A stretch of DNA of 63,591 nucleotides, filler included, from Myxococcota bacterium (GTDB lineage: Bacteria > Myxococcota_C > UBA6777): the NCBI GenBank assembly GCA_023150835.1. It is 3 parts of 3 records of this genome, joined end to end, with 100 filler letters (N's around TTAATTAATTAA, not from the genome) between each part and the next. Parts side by side here need not be neighbours in the genome. Positions count along the whole stretch, not along the records: positions 1 to 22,555 come from JAKLKB010000115.1; 2 more parts are not named here. The stretch is one strand, 5' to 3'. Made by a program: the position numbers and the translations under genes. Shown one piece after another: positions 9,101 through 18,824 of this stretch (position 1 is its first letter; the number at the start of each line of letters is the position of its first letter). The notes beneath the pieces were generated by a model, which had not been told where the DNA came from, did not search any database, and worked only from the letters and a program-made list of their open reading frames with translations.

Positions 9101-9958
9101 TCAATCCAAAGCAAACAGCAGCACAACAAACCAAGAACTAAAAAACACCAAACACCACCGACAGATCAAGAAGTTCAGCGCTTCGGTATGTTGGCGGCGA
9201 CGATACCAATCGTCGTCTTGGCGAAGAAACAGCCACATTGCTCCCCAAAACAACACCCCCACCCACAACATCACACAATGCACCGCAAAGATCTCATAAA
9301 AGTACGGTCCATCGGGCGCAGCGTACGCGATCGTCCGCTCAAAAGACCACCCAAGTCCAAGGATCAAGATCATCCACTCCACAAATCCCCGCAACGTCGC
9401 CTTGCGCTCGCGTTGCTCGACTTGCTCTTGGTGCATCTCTCCCTCTGCTTCGGGAACTGGCGCTTCTGCAAACGAAAACACCAACCGAAACCACTTGGAG
9501 ATCCGCGTCGGTTCGCCCCGAAACTCTTCATCCTCCACAACAGGCACCACATACGCATCCAAGACCGACGGGCCAAAACCAAAGATCCCGTACAGCCGCG
9601 AATTATACACCAAAGCACCCACCAAAAGACTCAACGCAAAAAGCTGGATCTTGAGATTCAGATCCCACGCACCAAAAAGCAAAAACCCAGACCACAACCC
9701 CCCTCCCAACAAGCCACACACCGCCCACTTCAACGGGATCTTCTCCTCGTCATACGTCGCAGGTTCATGCGTCACTTTAAAACTGAAATCTCCCGGAAGC
9801 GAACCCTCCTGTAGATCGCGCAGTCCGCCTTTTCCACCGCCTTGCAAATCGTGCAGGCCGCCTTTTGCATTGCCTTGCAGATCGCGTGGATCGTTGTTTC
9901 TGCGATCTTGGTGTGGCTTGTCTTCTTCGATCGGAAATCCCAAAGGATCTTTTCGCAT
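9101..9958 (-). CDS. Hypothetical multi-pass membrane protein
   Basis: About 5 hydrophobic segments; start placed at MRKDPLG because the upstream ORF extension runs through a repeat element. Confidence 0.65.
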   Translation of the reverse strand: MRKDPLGFPIEEDKPHQDRRNNDPRDLQGNAKGGLHDLQGGGKGGLRDLQEGSLPGDFSFKVTHEPATYDEEKIPLKWAVCGLLGGGLWSGFLLFGAWDLNLKIQLFALSLLVGALVYNSRLYGIFGFGPSVLDAYVVPVVEDEEFRGEPTRISKWFRLVFSFAEAPVPEAEGEMHQEQVEQRERKATLRGFVEWMILILGLGWSFERTIAYAAPDGPYFYEIFAVHCVMLWVGVLFWGAMWLFLRQDDDWYRRRQHTEALNFLICRWCLVFFSSWFVVLLFALD

Positions 9959-10038
9959 CGCTCTCACCCTTCTGCCCTTTATTTCTCCACCGCCTCTTTG
10001 GATGGTACTGCGCTTTGTGCAGAATTGTGCTATCCATG

Positions 10039-10190
10039 AGGGCTTGCGCGGTTGGATTCGGTTTTGTAGGGTGCGACCCCACACCCCGCAAGGGAACTTC
10101 GTCCCCTTGACCCCCGTGTTGGCGAAGAGATCATCGTTTTTCACACCAACAACGCTGTCGCTCGTAACGGGCGCGAACACGAGGTTTTTG
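10039..10190 (+). repeat. Family B intergenic repeat, uninterrupted copy (empty MITE target GGGTGCGACCC at 10069-10079)
   Basis: CCCCACACCCCGCAAGGG..CCCCTTGACCCCCGT..GGCGAAGAGATCA..GTTTTTCA..CAACAACGCT.TCGCT matches 28242-28335 and 50488-50580. Confidence 0.85.
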
Positions 10191-10298
10191 TCCATCAGTG
10201 ACAAATCTATCAAAAGAAAAGATCGTCACGCCTTTTATAACACAGATCAAGCCCTCGCTTTGCTTGGTTGTTCTCTTGTTTGTTGGGTAGGATTTCTC

Positions 10299-11561
10299 AT
10301 GGATCGTTTTGTCTTTTCAATGAACTCGGAACCTCCGAACCTATCGTTCCATCCGCCACAAGGATCGAAGCGCCTCACGCAACAGGGTTGGTTTGGTTTT
10401 CGGACAGTTCTGTGGCTTAGTTGCTTTGGCTGGCTCAACATCATGGGCTGCCCGCCAACTCCGACAGTCGAATGCGATGCCAAGACAGCTTGCCCGCAAG
10501 GAAAGCGTTGTGTCGAAGGGGCGTGTCTTTGTGTCGCAGGATACACCGATTGCAACAAGGCTTGCGTGGATCTTCAAACAGATACCGCACATTGTGGTGC
10601 TTGTGGTGGCGTGTGCAAAACAAGCGAAACCTGCCGTCAAGGTGTTTGTGTGCCGATCTGTACCCCGCCGCAAGACGACTGTGGCGGGCGCTGTGTGGAT
10701 CGCAGCAACGACGCCGCACACTGCGGAAGTTGCAACAACGCCTGCGCTCCAACAACGCGATGCCAGCGCAGTTTGTGTGTATCGCCCTGCCCTGCGGAGC
10801 AGCTCTTTTGCGGAGGTTTGTGCATCGATCCCAAAAGTCGCCGTACACACTGCGGAACGTGCGGCAATACCTGTGAGATCGGAAAGTCTTGTGCAAATGG
10901 GGATTGTGTGGCGGCGTGTCCGCCTGACGCAACCGACTTGTGCGAAGGTGGATGTGTGGATCTTCAGTCCAACCCGCTGCATTGTGGCGGATGCAACAAA
11001 GCCTGCCCCAGCGGTCTTCTTTGCAACAAAGGCCGTTGTGTTTGTCCATCCGACCGTTCGGAGTGCGGGGGCAACTGCATCGATCCCCAAGCAGACGCCC
11101 AACACTGCGGCAGATGCAACAGCGCCTGCCCATCAGGACAATTCTGTGCGGCGGGTGTGTGTGTGGCGTCTTGCCCGAGTGCCTCATCTACAAACTGTTC
11201 GGGCGGATGCTTCGACCTCCAAAGTGCGAACGCACATTGCGGGATATGCGGAAATGCTTGCACAGCAGGACAAGTCTGTATCGCGGGACGTTGTAGCTGT
11301 CCGCCCCAAACGACCCTATGCAACGGCCTTTGCGTCGATCTCCAACACGATGTACTGCATTGTGGTTTATGCCAAAATCGCTGTGCGGGTGGGAATGTTT
11401 GTGCAGCGGGCCGTTGTGTGGCGAATTGCCCCCAAGACACCGCCTCCGCTTGTTTGGGCGGATGCTTCGATCTGCTCAAAACAGACCGACATTGTGGCGC
11501 ATGTCACAACGCTTGCCCTCGTGACGCAACATGCCAAAATGGTCGTTGTATCGCCCCTTAA
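10299..11561 (+). CDS. Cys-rich lipoprotein with Stig1/MXAN_6577-like repeats
   Basis: Repeated CVDLQxDxxHCGxCxxxC units; lipobox-like IMGC; start uncertain. Confidence 0.85.
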   Translation: MDRFVFSMNSEPPNLSFHPPQGSKRLTQQGWFGFRTVLWLSCFGWLNIMGCPPTPTVECDAKTACPQGKRCVEGACLCVAGYTDCNKACVDLQTDTAHCGACGGVCKTSETCRQGVCVPICTPPQDDCGGRCVDRSNDAAHCGSCNNACAPTTRCQRSLCVSPCPAEQLFCGGLCIDPKSRRTHCGTCGNTCEIGKSCANGDCVAACPPDATDLCEGGCVDLQSNPLHCGGCNKACPSGLLCNKGRCVCPSDRSECGGNCIDPQADAQHCGRCNSACPSGQFCAAGVCVASCPSASSTNCSGGCFDLQSANAHCGICGNACTAGQVCIAGRCSCPPQTTLCNGLCVDLQHDVLHCGLCQNRCAGGNVCAAGRCVANCPQDTASACLGGCFDLLKTDRHCGACHNACPRDATCQNGRCIAP

Positions 11562-11800
11562 CGACTCATACACGCACAACCAAAGACGTTCGGCTCAAGT
11601 CAACGACTCGGCTCTTTAGGGCCGAGCTTCGAGCAGGTTCAAACGGCTCGCTACATTGAACAAGCCTTGCGTACCGAGTATCTATCCTCAGTGAAAGCAA
11701 CGCAAGTTGATTCACCAAGGTTGAAACCCTTCGCCCGTTTCGCTGTCTGTCTGATACCACGAAGCACAACACGACCCACCGAAGCTTTCGGAGTTCCACA

Positions 11801-14377
11801 ATGCACACACACCGCTTTGCACATCCAGCGCAAGTCACCCGCAAGCCCTTGCCCCCTGCACAAGACGCCAGAAAAAGAGCTCGAAACCTCCGAGACGGCG
11901 ACCCCTCTCTTCGTTTCGGCCTGTTATGGATGTTCTTTGCGACCGTATGGTTCGGTTGCATCGACAAAAACAGCGTAGAAGGACAGCTCCAACAGCTCGA
12001 AAGTACCTATTATGTGCGACGCATCCAAGCCGCCCAAGCTCTCGCAAAGATGGGCAAGACCGCGCAAAAAGCGATCCCTGCGTTGCGCAGGCGCTTTGAG
12101 ATCGACAATGACCCCAACGTGCGCCTTGAGATCGTCCAAGCCTTCGGAAAGATCGGCGACACCGCAGCCATTCCCGAACTCATCCAAGCCATCGGCGATG
12201 AAAACGAAGAGATCCGCATCAAAGCCTCTTACGCTCTTGGTGAGATCGGAACCCCTGCCATCGCTCCCCTCCAAGCCTTGCTTGCCAAACCACAACCACT
12301 TGAAAAAGCCTACCATGCCGTTGCAGCCCTCGGTCACATCGGCCCTTCCGCACTGCCTGCATTGCGTGCCATGTTGCGCTCAACCTCCGACAAGATCCGT
12401 CAAAAAACCGTCGAAGCCCTCAAACAGATCGGCCCTCCTGCTGGCGAAATCCTCTTGCTCGCCATGAACGACGAAGTATCGGGCATCCGCGCCTATACAG
12501 CGTGGTGTTTGATGCAGCTTGGACCCAAGATCCTCCAACAACAACCCAAGCTCCAAGACCCCCTACTTTCGGCCCTCCAAAAAGCCCTTCACGATGATAG
12601 CGACAAAGCCCGAATGTACGCATTGTTAGCGCTTCGCAGCCTCGGAAACCTCGCTGCTTCGGCAGCTCCGCGCCTTCGCCAACTTCTCCAAGACCGATTG
12701 TGGTACATCCGAAAGATCGCTGCCACAACCTTCGCATCGATCGGAGAGACCGCACGCATCGCCATCCCCGATCTGCTTGCTTGCCTCCAAGACGATACAT
12801 GGGATGTCCGACAAGAAGCCGCCGCCGCTTTATTGGGCCTACGCCCTCTCTCGATCATCCCACAGCTTCTGCGCCTACTAAGCGATCACCGCCCACACGT
12901 TCGACGCATCGCCCTCCAACTTTTTCTACAGATTCAAACGACCCCATCTTCCGAACAGATCAAGCGGCTCCTGACCTTGCTCGAAGATCCCTCCGAGATG
13001 GTTCGCGAAGCACTCCGCGAACGCCTCGCACATCTTCCCCGCCCTCCCCTCGCATCGCTGCTGCGAGCCGCGCAAAGCCGACTTCGCCTTACCGCCGCAG
13101 AAGCCCTCTTGTGCCTCGCCCAGATCGGCCCCAAAGCCCAAGAAGCCCACAAAACACTCCAAAGCCTACGCACCAAACCACACGAAACCGCCTTCCACAA
13201 AGCCCTTGGGACCGCACTTCGGGCCACTCAACCGCCATCTGCATCCATCTCTCAAGACCCATGCAACGACACCAGCGCACAAGCACGCAACGCATGCCTT
13301 TTGCAACTTGGTCTTCTTCAATCGCCCGCCCCCAAAACCCTCCAAGCTCTGCGTTTGGCGCTGCGCGACAACGAACAGATCGTGCGCTACCAAGCCGTCC
13401 TTTCGCTTGGATGGCTCGCTACACACCTTGATGACGATAGCGTCCATGCCCTCCACAGCTTGCTCCACCGAGAATCCGAAACAGCCGTTCGCCTCGCCGC
13501 CATCGATGCCCTCGGATGGTCCGCAGCCAAAGCAACGCCCCATCTCCCCGCCTTGCTTCAACGCCTCCCCAAAGCCCCTCCCACCGAGCAAAAGCACATC
13601 CTCCGTACCCTCCGATACATCGGGTTCAACAAGCAAACCTTCCAAACACTCCTTACTCTCGCCGACAAAGCAACCCCAACGCTTCTTCTGCTCATCTTGC
13701 CCGCTCTACCGTCCTTTACAACCTCTGTCTTCCCTCAAAACGCACCCAAAGAACCTTCTCTCACCACACTTCGGACTCTGCTTGAGCGTGCCTTGATCCA
13801 TCCCCTTCCAAAGCTCCGACAGGCCGCTGCCATCGCCTATAGCGAACTCGGCGAACATGGCGTCCCCTCCATCCCCGCACTCCAACGCCTACTCTCCGAC
13901 AATTCCACCGCCGTACGCTCTGCCGCCGCCCATGCTCTCGGATGGCTCGGACACAAGGCAGCTTCCGCCGCACCCAAACTTGGTTGGCTGCTCAAAGACA
14001 ACGATCCTTTCCTCCAACGCAACGCCGTCTTTGCACTCCGCCGCATCGGTTCCAAAGCCGTCGTCGAACTTCTAAACGCCCTTCCCACCGCCTCCACCAC
14101 GCTACGCCACAACATCGCCTATGCCCTCTCTCGCGGAACCATCGAACCCAACGAGATGCTCCAAACCCTCACCGCACTGCGCAAACTCCAATCCACACTT
14201 CCCCCCTCCGATCCCCTTCAAACGCGGATCGCCAGCGCCATCTTGCGCATCGAATCACACGACAAACCCTACGTCCTTTGGGTCGATCACCCACGCTCCC
14301 CCACCTTTGATGCCTTTACCCCCCAACTCCTCCTTCCTCACAAAGAAGATCCTTCGCTCCGCATCCTTTCCGAGTGA
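11801..14377 (+). CDS. HEAT-repeat protein, probable lipoprotein
   Basis: Many (L)xDxxxxVRxxAAxALGxIG repeats; VWFGC near N-terminus; start uncertain. Confidence 0.88.
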   Translation: MHTHRFAHPAQVTRKPLPPAQDARKRARNLRDGDPSLRFGLLWMFFATVWFGCIDKNSVEGQLQQLESTYYVRRIQAAQALAKMGKTAQKAIPALRRRFEIDNDPNVRLEIVQAFGKIGDTAAIPELIQAIGDENEEIRIKASYALGEIGTPAIAPLQALLAKPQPLEKAYHAVAALGHIGPSALPALRAMLRSTSDKIRQKTVEALKQIGPPAGEILLLAMNDEVSGIRAYTAWCLMQLGPKILQQQPKLQDPLLSALQKALHDDSDKARMYALLALRSLGNLAASAAPRLRQLLQDRLWYIRKIAATTFASIGETARIAIPDLLACLQDDTWDVRQEAAAALLGLRPLSIIPQLLRLLSDHRPHVRRIALQLFLQIQTTPSSEQIKRLLTLLEDPSEMVREALRERLAHLPRPPLASLLRAAQSRLRLTAAEALLCLAQIGPKAQEAHKTLQSLRTKPHETAFHKALGTALRATQPPSASISQDPCNDTSAQARNACLLQLGLLQSPAPKTLQALRLALRDNEQIVRYQAVLSLGWLATHLDDDSVHALHSLLHRESETAVRLAAIDALGWSAAKATPHLPALLQRLPKAPPTEQKHILRTLRYIGFNKQTFQTLLTLADKATPTLLLLILPALPSFTTSVFPQNAPKEPSLTTLRTLLERALIHPLPKLRQAAAIAYSELGEHGVPSIPALQRLLSDNSTAVRSAAAHALGWLGHKAASAAPKLGWLLKDNDPFLQRNAVFALRRIGSKAVVELLNALPTASTTLRHNIAYALSRGTIEPNEMLQTLTALRKLQSTLPPSDPLQTRIASAILRIESHDKPYVLWVDHPRSPTFDAFTPQLLLPHKEDPSLRILSE

Positions 14378-14440
14378 TCCTCGTGCCTTCTGTCAACCAG
14401 TATAGGACTTACGCAGTTCGATGGTTTTCGTGGGGTGTCA

Positions 14441-14553
14441 TACGAAATCCGCCCGTTGCGTGATCGTAAAAATGTAGGGGCAGACAGGCGTGGCTGCCCA
14501 ACAATCGGGCGTCTTCGCGCTCTCCTTCGATCACAGATCACTTGGATATCGTA
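14441..14553 (+). mobile_element. Family C miniature element with 3-bp TCA duplication
   Basis: TCA|TACGAAATCC...GGATATCGTA|TCA; internal GTAGGGGCAGACAGGCGTGGCTGCCC; preceded by family B left end AGGACTTACGCAGTT at 14404. Confidence 0.75.
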
Positions 14554-14566
14554 TCATCCGTCCGTT

Positions 14567-15805
14567 TTACGGGGCTGCGACACAACGCCCCGCAGAAGCG
14601 GCACATACCAAACCCATTGGACACTTCGGCGCACCGCTTGAGCAAGGGTACACACAAAATTTTTCGTTGGTACTTTGCACGTTTTCACATTTGGTATCCG
14701 CAAGGGAAAGGCACTGAGATTGCGCAGAACAAGGGCGCAAGCAAACGCCCTTCCCTGCGGTCTGATCGCGTACACAATACAAGTTTTCTTTGCAACCTTC
14801 CGTTGCGACGCGGCTTGGGTCAAGAGAACACACCTCGCCATGATCTCGCGGACCAGCGCTACACGGCGGTTGTTGCTCGTCCAGCAAGCGCCCGTCGCAA
14901 TCGTTGTCCATCCCATTGCAAGCCTCTGCTTGGGGTTTGACTTCGCCTTCACAAGCCCCCCATTGCCCCGCCGTACACTTCTGCTCACCCGATCGGCAGA
15001 TCCCCCGCGTGTCCGTATTAAACGGACCCGAATAACAAGGCCGTGAAAGCGATTCATCCACCTTGCCGTCGCAATTGTTGTCTTTGTTGTCGCAAGCCTC
15101 GGGCTTTGGCGTGATCTCGTTTTCGCACGTCGTGGACCACCGCCCTCCTACACAGCGTTGGATGCCTTGTTTGCACTCGCCCACACCACGCGTCGCAGAG
15201 GCCCCCGTATAACAATCCCGTGTCTCACTGCCTTGACAAGCGGGCATCGGCTCAAAGAGCGGTTCTTCGGGCGTAGGGGATTCTTGTTCGGGGATGGACT
15301 CTTGGGCCTCCGAAACAGGCTCTTGCTCGGACTGGACTTCGCCTGCATCGCTGGACTCGCCTGTTTTGATGCAGATACCGCCTCGGCACGCCTCTTCCGC
15401 AAGGCACTTGGACCCGCAACCACCGCAGTTTTGCGGATCGCTTCGCGTATCGGCACAAGCGTTATTGCACAAACGTGTGCTTTCTTCGGGACAGCATAAC
15501 TCGCTCAAACAGCGCTGTTTCTCAACACAATCCTTGTCTTGTTTGCAAGAAACAGGGATCAAAACGCAGCTTTCTTCTACACAACGCCGCCCCGACGGAC
15601 ATTCGGTGTCTGCTTTGCAAATCTTCGAGCATCGGCCACTTGCACAACGATACGTCGCAAAGAACCCACAATCGGACTCTTTGGAACAAGGCCACCCTGA
15701 CAGATCAACACTTCCCCCCAAGCAAGCCGACCACCACGGCACACCCACCAAAAAAAACCATCCCAACACTCGGCGTATCCGCTTGTTTTTCTCCATGCTC
15801 GACAC
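14567..15805 (-). CDS. Cys-rich lipoprotein with MopE-like metal-binding repeats
   Basis: WSAC lipobox; EACDNKDNNCDGKVDE and EACNGMDNDCDG motifs. Confidence 0.85.
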   Translation of the reverse strand: MSSMEKNKRIRRVLGWFFLVGVPWWSACLGGSVDLSGWPCSKESDCGFFATYRCASGRCSKICKADTECPSGRRCVEESCVLIPVSCKQDKDCVEKQRCLSELCCPEESTRLCNNACADTRSDPQNCGGCGSKCLAEEACRGGICIKTGESSDAGEVQSEQEPVSEAQESIPEQESPTPEEPLFEPMPACQGSETRDCYTGASATRGVGECKQGIQRCVGGRWSTTCENEITPKPEACDNKDNNCDGKVDESLSRPCYSGPFNTDTRGICRSGEQKCTAGQWGACEGEVKPQAEACNGMDNDCDGRLLDEQQPPCSAGPRDHGEVCSLDPSRVATEGCKENLYCVRDQTAGKGVCLRPCSAQSQCLSLADTKCENVQSTNEKFCVYPCSSGAPKCPMGLVCAASAGRCVAAP

Positions 15806-16076
15806 TCACCAACCCGTCATAGACCAAAGTCACCCGCAACCAAGCCTACCCAAGACTCCACGATCTCTTGGATGCTCTCACCCAACACCCAGATGTCCTC
15901 TGTCTTTTTGGCTTTCCTCATTTTTTCTGACTGACGAAGCCGCCCCAAACGTCCGCTCCCAAAAAGGCATGACGAAAGAGGCCCTCTGGATCAAAATGCT
16001 TTGCGAGATCTCGAAATTTTACAACGGATCACATCGACCCTTTGTGTACGCTCCTCATGGCTATCGTATCCGAGCT

Positions 16077-17309
16077 TCACTCCGAATCTTTGGGGCTGTT
16101 GTCCGTATCTTGAAGATGGATCTGTTCACGCAAAAGGGCGCATTGTTCGCGCAAGACGGTGTGCATCGCCCCATCTTCGGCCTGTTGAATCCACGCCATA
16201 ATCCCCGAAACAAACAACTCCTTGATAAAAGCATAAGAAAAACCATCCGTTTGACTTGCGAGCTCTGTCTGCGCCGAAAGATCGACACGCAACGCAGGTT
16301 CAAGCCGATCATTCCAACGGCCAATGTACCGCAATCGCTCGTTGTATCCGGGAATATCAAAAAGATACTTGCGATCAAAGCGACTTGGACGCTTGACCAA
16401 AGCCACATCCAAACGCTCGATATGGTTGGTCGTTGCCAAAGCCAAGATCCCGTGATTGCTTGAAAATCCATCCAACTCGTTCAAGAAAAAAGAGCGATTT
16501 TTATCGTTGAGCAGCGAATCAAGATCCTCAAAGATCAGCACACACGGCGAGACTTCACGCGCTCGCTCAAAAACACGACGCATATTTTCGTGTGCCGTAC
16601 AACAACCTGATTCAAAGCTTTTGACGTAGAGACGGGGCTTTTGGACAGTGTTAAGAATCGCTTTGATCGCGTGGGTTTTGCCATTCCCGGGAGGACCATA
16701 CAACAAAACACCTCGCTTCCACGGGATCTTGTAATGTTCGTATTGTTCTTGTGCATGAAAAAACCCCCAAAGATCGCGCTGCAACGCCTCTGCAAGGCTC
16801 GGAGGTAGGACGATATCATCAAAACGAACGTCTTGTGTGGCTTGGTACAACTCCTCATCCTTGAACCAAGAACCCTCATGAAACACAAGAATCTCCGCAC
16901 GAACCTCTTCGTTCCACGCACACACCACGCGCACAAAATCGTCCGCGATCGCTTCGCTCGGAGCAATCAAAAACACCCGATCTTCGGTGCTGTACCCCGC
17001 ACTCCATTGAAACGCAACCAACTCCATCGAGTGGCCCTCCCACACCACACGGTGCCAAGCATTCTGCGTCGAATACGTCAACTGGCCTTTGTGGTGGCCG
17101 TCGTTGGGGATCTGTTGGTGGCTCTCTGCGATCGGCACATACGAACAACGCCCGTCTTCTGCAAAGGGCTGCACAGCAAAAGACCAAAGGTTGATCTCAC
17201 GCACATAACGCGGCGCTGCATAAGCTGAAAGCCGCCGCCCTGCCTCATACGACAGAACGTTCGCAGGCAACGAAAGGCTCTCATACAAAAACGTTTTTTG
17301 ATTCAGCAT
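16077..17309 (-). CDS. Single-domain classical AAA+ ATPase
   Basis: GVLLYGPPGNGKT, LIFEDLD, LNELDG, TTNH, RPSRFDRK. Confidence 0.9.
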   Translation of the reverse strand: MLNQKTFLYESLSLPANVLSYEAGRRLSAYAAPRYVREINLWSFAVQPFAEDGRCSYVPIAESHQQIPNDGHHKGQLTYSTQNAWHRVVWEGHSMELVAFQWSAGYSTEDRVFLIAPSEAIADDFVRVVCAWNEEVRAEILVFHEGSWFKDEELYQATQDVRFDDIVLPPSLAEALQRDLWGFFHAQEQYEHYKIPWKRGVLLYGPPGNGKTHAIKAILNTVQKPRLYVKSFESGCCTAHENMRRVFERAREVSPCVLIFEDLDSLLNDKNRSFFLNELDGFSSNHGILALATTNHIERLDVALVKRPSRFDRKYLFDIPGYNERLRYIGRWNDRLEPALRVDLSAQTELASQTDGFSYAFIKELFVSGIMAWIQQAEDGAMHTVLREQCALLREQIHLQDTDNSPKDSE

Positions 17310-17702
17310 TTTTTGTTTTGGGGTATCCGCTTTGGGATCGTTGAAAGAAAAAAAGCGCAAGCAACGCGCACACAACGCCCCGCTCCCCAAAAAGTTCGCT
17401 TCTGATCTGCGTTCAATCGTTGTACGGCAAACAAAATCAAATAAGATCATTTACTTATAAAATTATTCCCGCGATCTCACGATAAAACCAAAACACGGCC
17501 TAGACCTAGCGATCAACATCTGGCATGGAACCCAACACTCCAACGATGCCCGCTTCAAACAGACGCCCGAACGCTTTGGGATGCGATCTGTTCGTGCTTC
17601 TCCTTGGCCTTGCTTCGTGCCTTACGCAAATCGCCGATGCTCTAACCGATCCTTCGGTCCATCGGCCTCCAAACCGCTTCTTTTGATGGAAGGACTCTTC
17701 TC

Positions 17703-18746
17703 ATGTCTCTCGCTCTTTTCAGGCTCCAACGACACCACCTCCTCGCGGCTGTCTTCTGGATCCTCCCCTCCGCTGTCTTCGCACAAGCCCTCAACCCCGA
17801 TGATCCCGCCTCCAACAACCTCCGCAAATCCACCCAAGCCACCGTCAAACCCTACAACCTCTCCGCTGCGATCACTTCCTCGCTTGGAACGGGATCATTT
17901 GCTGCCTCCTCTTACAAAAACCACTACTTCGCCCAATCACTCGACCTCTCCGCTTCTGTGCGCGCATGGAAATACTTCTCCTTCGTCGCCCTCTGGGGCT
18001 TTGATGTCGAATACACCCAACCCGACAACGAATCAGGACGCCGCTTTTTCCCACGCGACGTCACCCTCGCCGCCGCTTGGGCCACGAGCCTTGGCAAACA
18101 TGTAAGCACCCGCATCTCCCTCGGAATGCAGCTCCCCACCTCTCTCGCTTCACAAGTCGCCACTCGTTACCTGCGCACCACCGTCGCAGGCACGCTCAAC
18201 GGTAGCTTCGGACCTGTTTCTGTTAGCTATGCTATCGGACTCAGCAAAGACTTCAACCGCTACACCAGCCCCGTCTTCGATCAAAGCCAAGCCGATCTCC
18301 CTTCTGTGCTGCTTCGCCAAAGCACCAGAGAAAATATCGATCTTTCCATCGGACTTGTCCCCATGCCGGGTACGCGCAATATCTCTTGGCTCGTACGAAA
18401 CTCCTTCGCCCTCAACTTCACCCTCTACAAGGGACTTTCTCTTGGCTTCGCCTTCTCCATCTTCAACGCCTTCAAATATCCCTCCCCTGACGACGCCTAC
18501 CGCGCCACCATCCCCACCGTCAACGGCAACGTCAAAGCCGATCTCGTCGGTCGCCTCGACTTCACGATGGGCGATATCTCCCTCAACTGGGCGGCCTTGC
18601 CCTACCTCCAGTTCGCCCTCGGAGCCATCTCCATGCAGATGCCTCTCACCGACAAAAACAACGGCCTACGCATCCCCTTTCTCAACGTATTCACCGCCAA
18701 CGACAACGTCACCACCTTCTACCTTCGCATCGTTGGCTCTTACTAA
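17703..18746 (+). CDS. Probable outer-membrane beta-barrel protein
   Basis: Signal peptide, alternating beta-strand pattern, C-terminal aromatic residue (IVGSY). Confidence 0.7.
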   Translation: MSLALFRLQRHHLLAAVFWILPSAVFAQALNPDDPASNNLRKSTQATVKPYNLSAAITSSLGTGSFAASSYKNHYFAQSLDLSASVRAWKYFSFVALWGFDVEYTQPDNESGRRFFPRDVTLAAAWATSLGKHVSTRISLGMQLPTSLASQVATRYLRTTVAGTLNGSFGPVSVSYAIGLSKDFNRYTSPVFDQSQADLPSVLLRQSTRENIDLSIGLVPMPGTRNISWLVRNSFALNFTLYKGLSLGFAFSIFNAFKYPSPDDAYRATIPTVNGNVKADLVGRLDFTMGDISLNWAALPYLQFALGAISMQMPLTDKNNGLRIPFLNVFTANDNVTTFYLRIVGSY

Positions 18747-18824
18747 ACACACGGTTTTGCCCTTGAATCGGCCATCTCTCAGGCCACAGCACTTTGTACC
18801 CTAGACGTAAGAAACGAGGAAAAC

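Noticed and set aside
9402-10298. N-terminal extension of the 719-aa ORF
   Set aside because: It overlaps an opposite-strand membrane gene and a repeat element; the Cys-rich protein begins near 10299.
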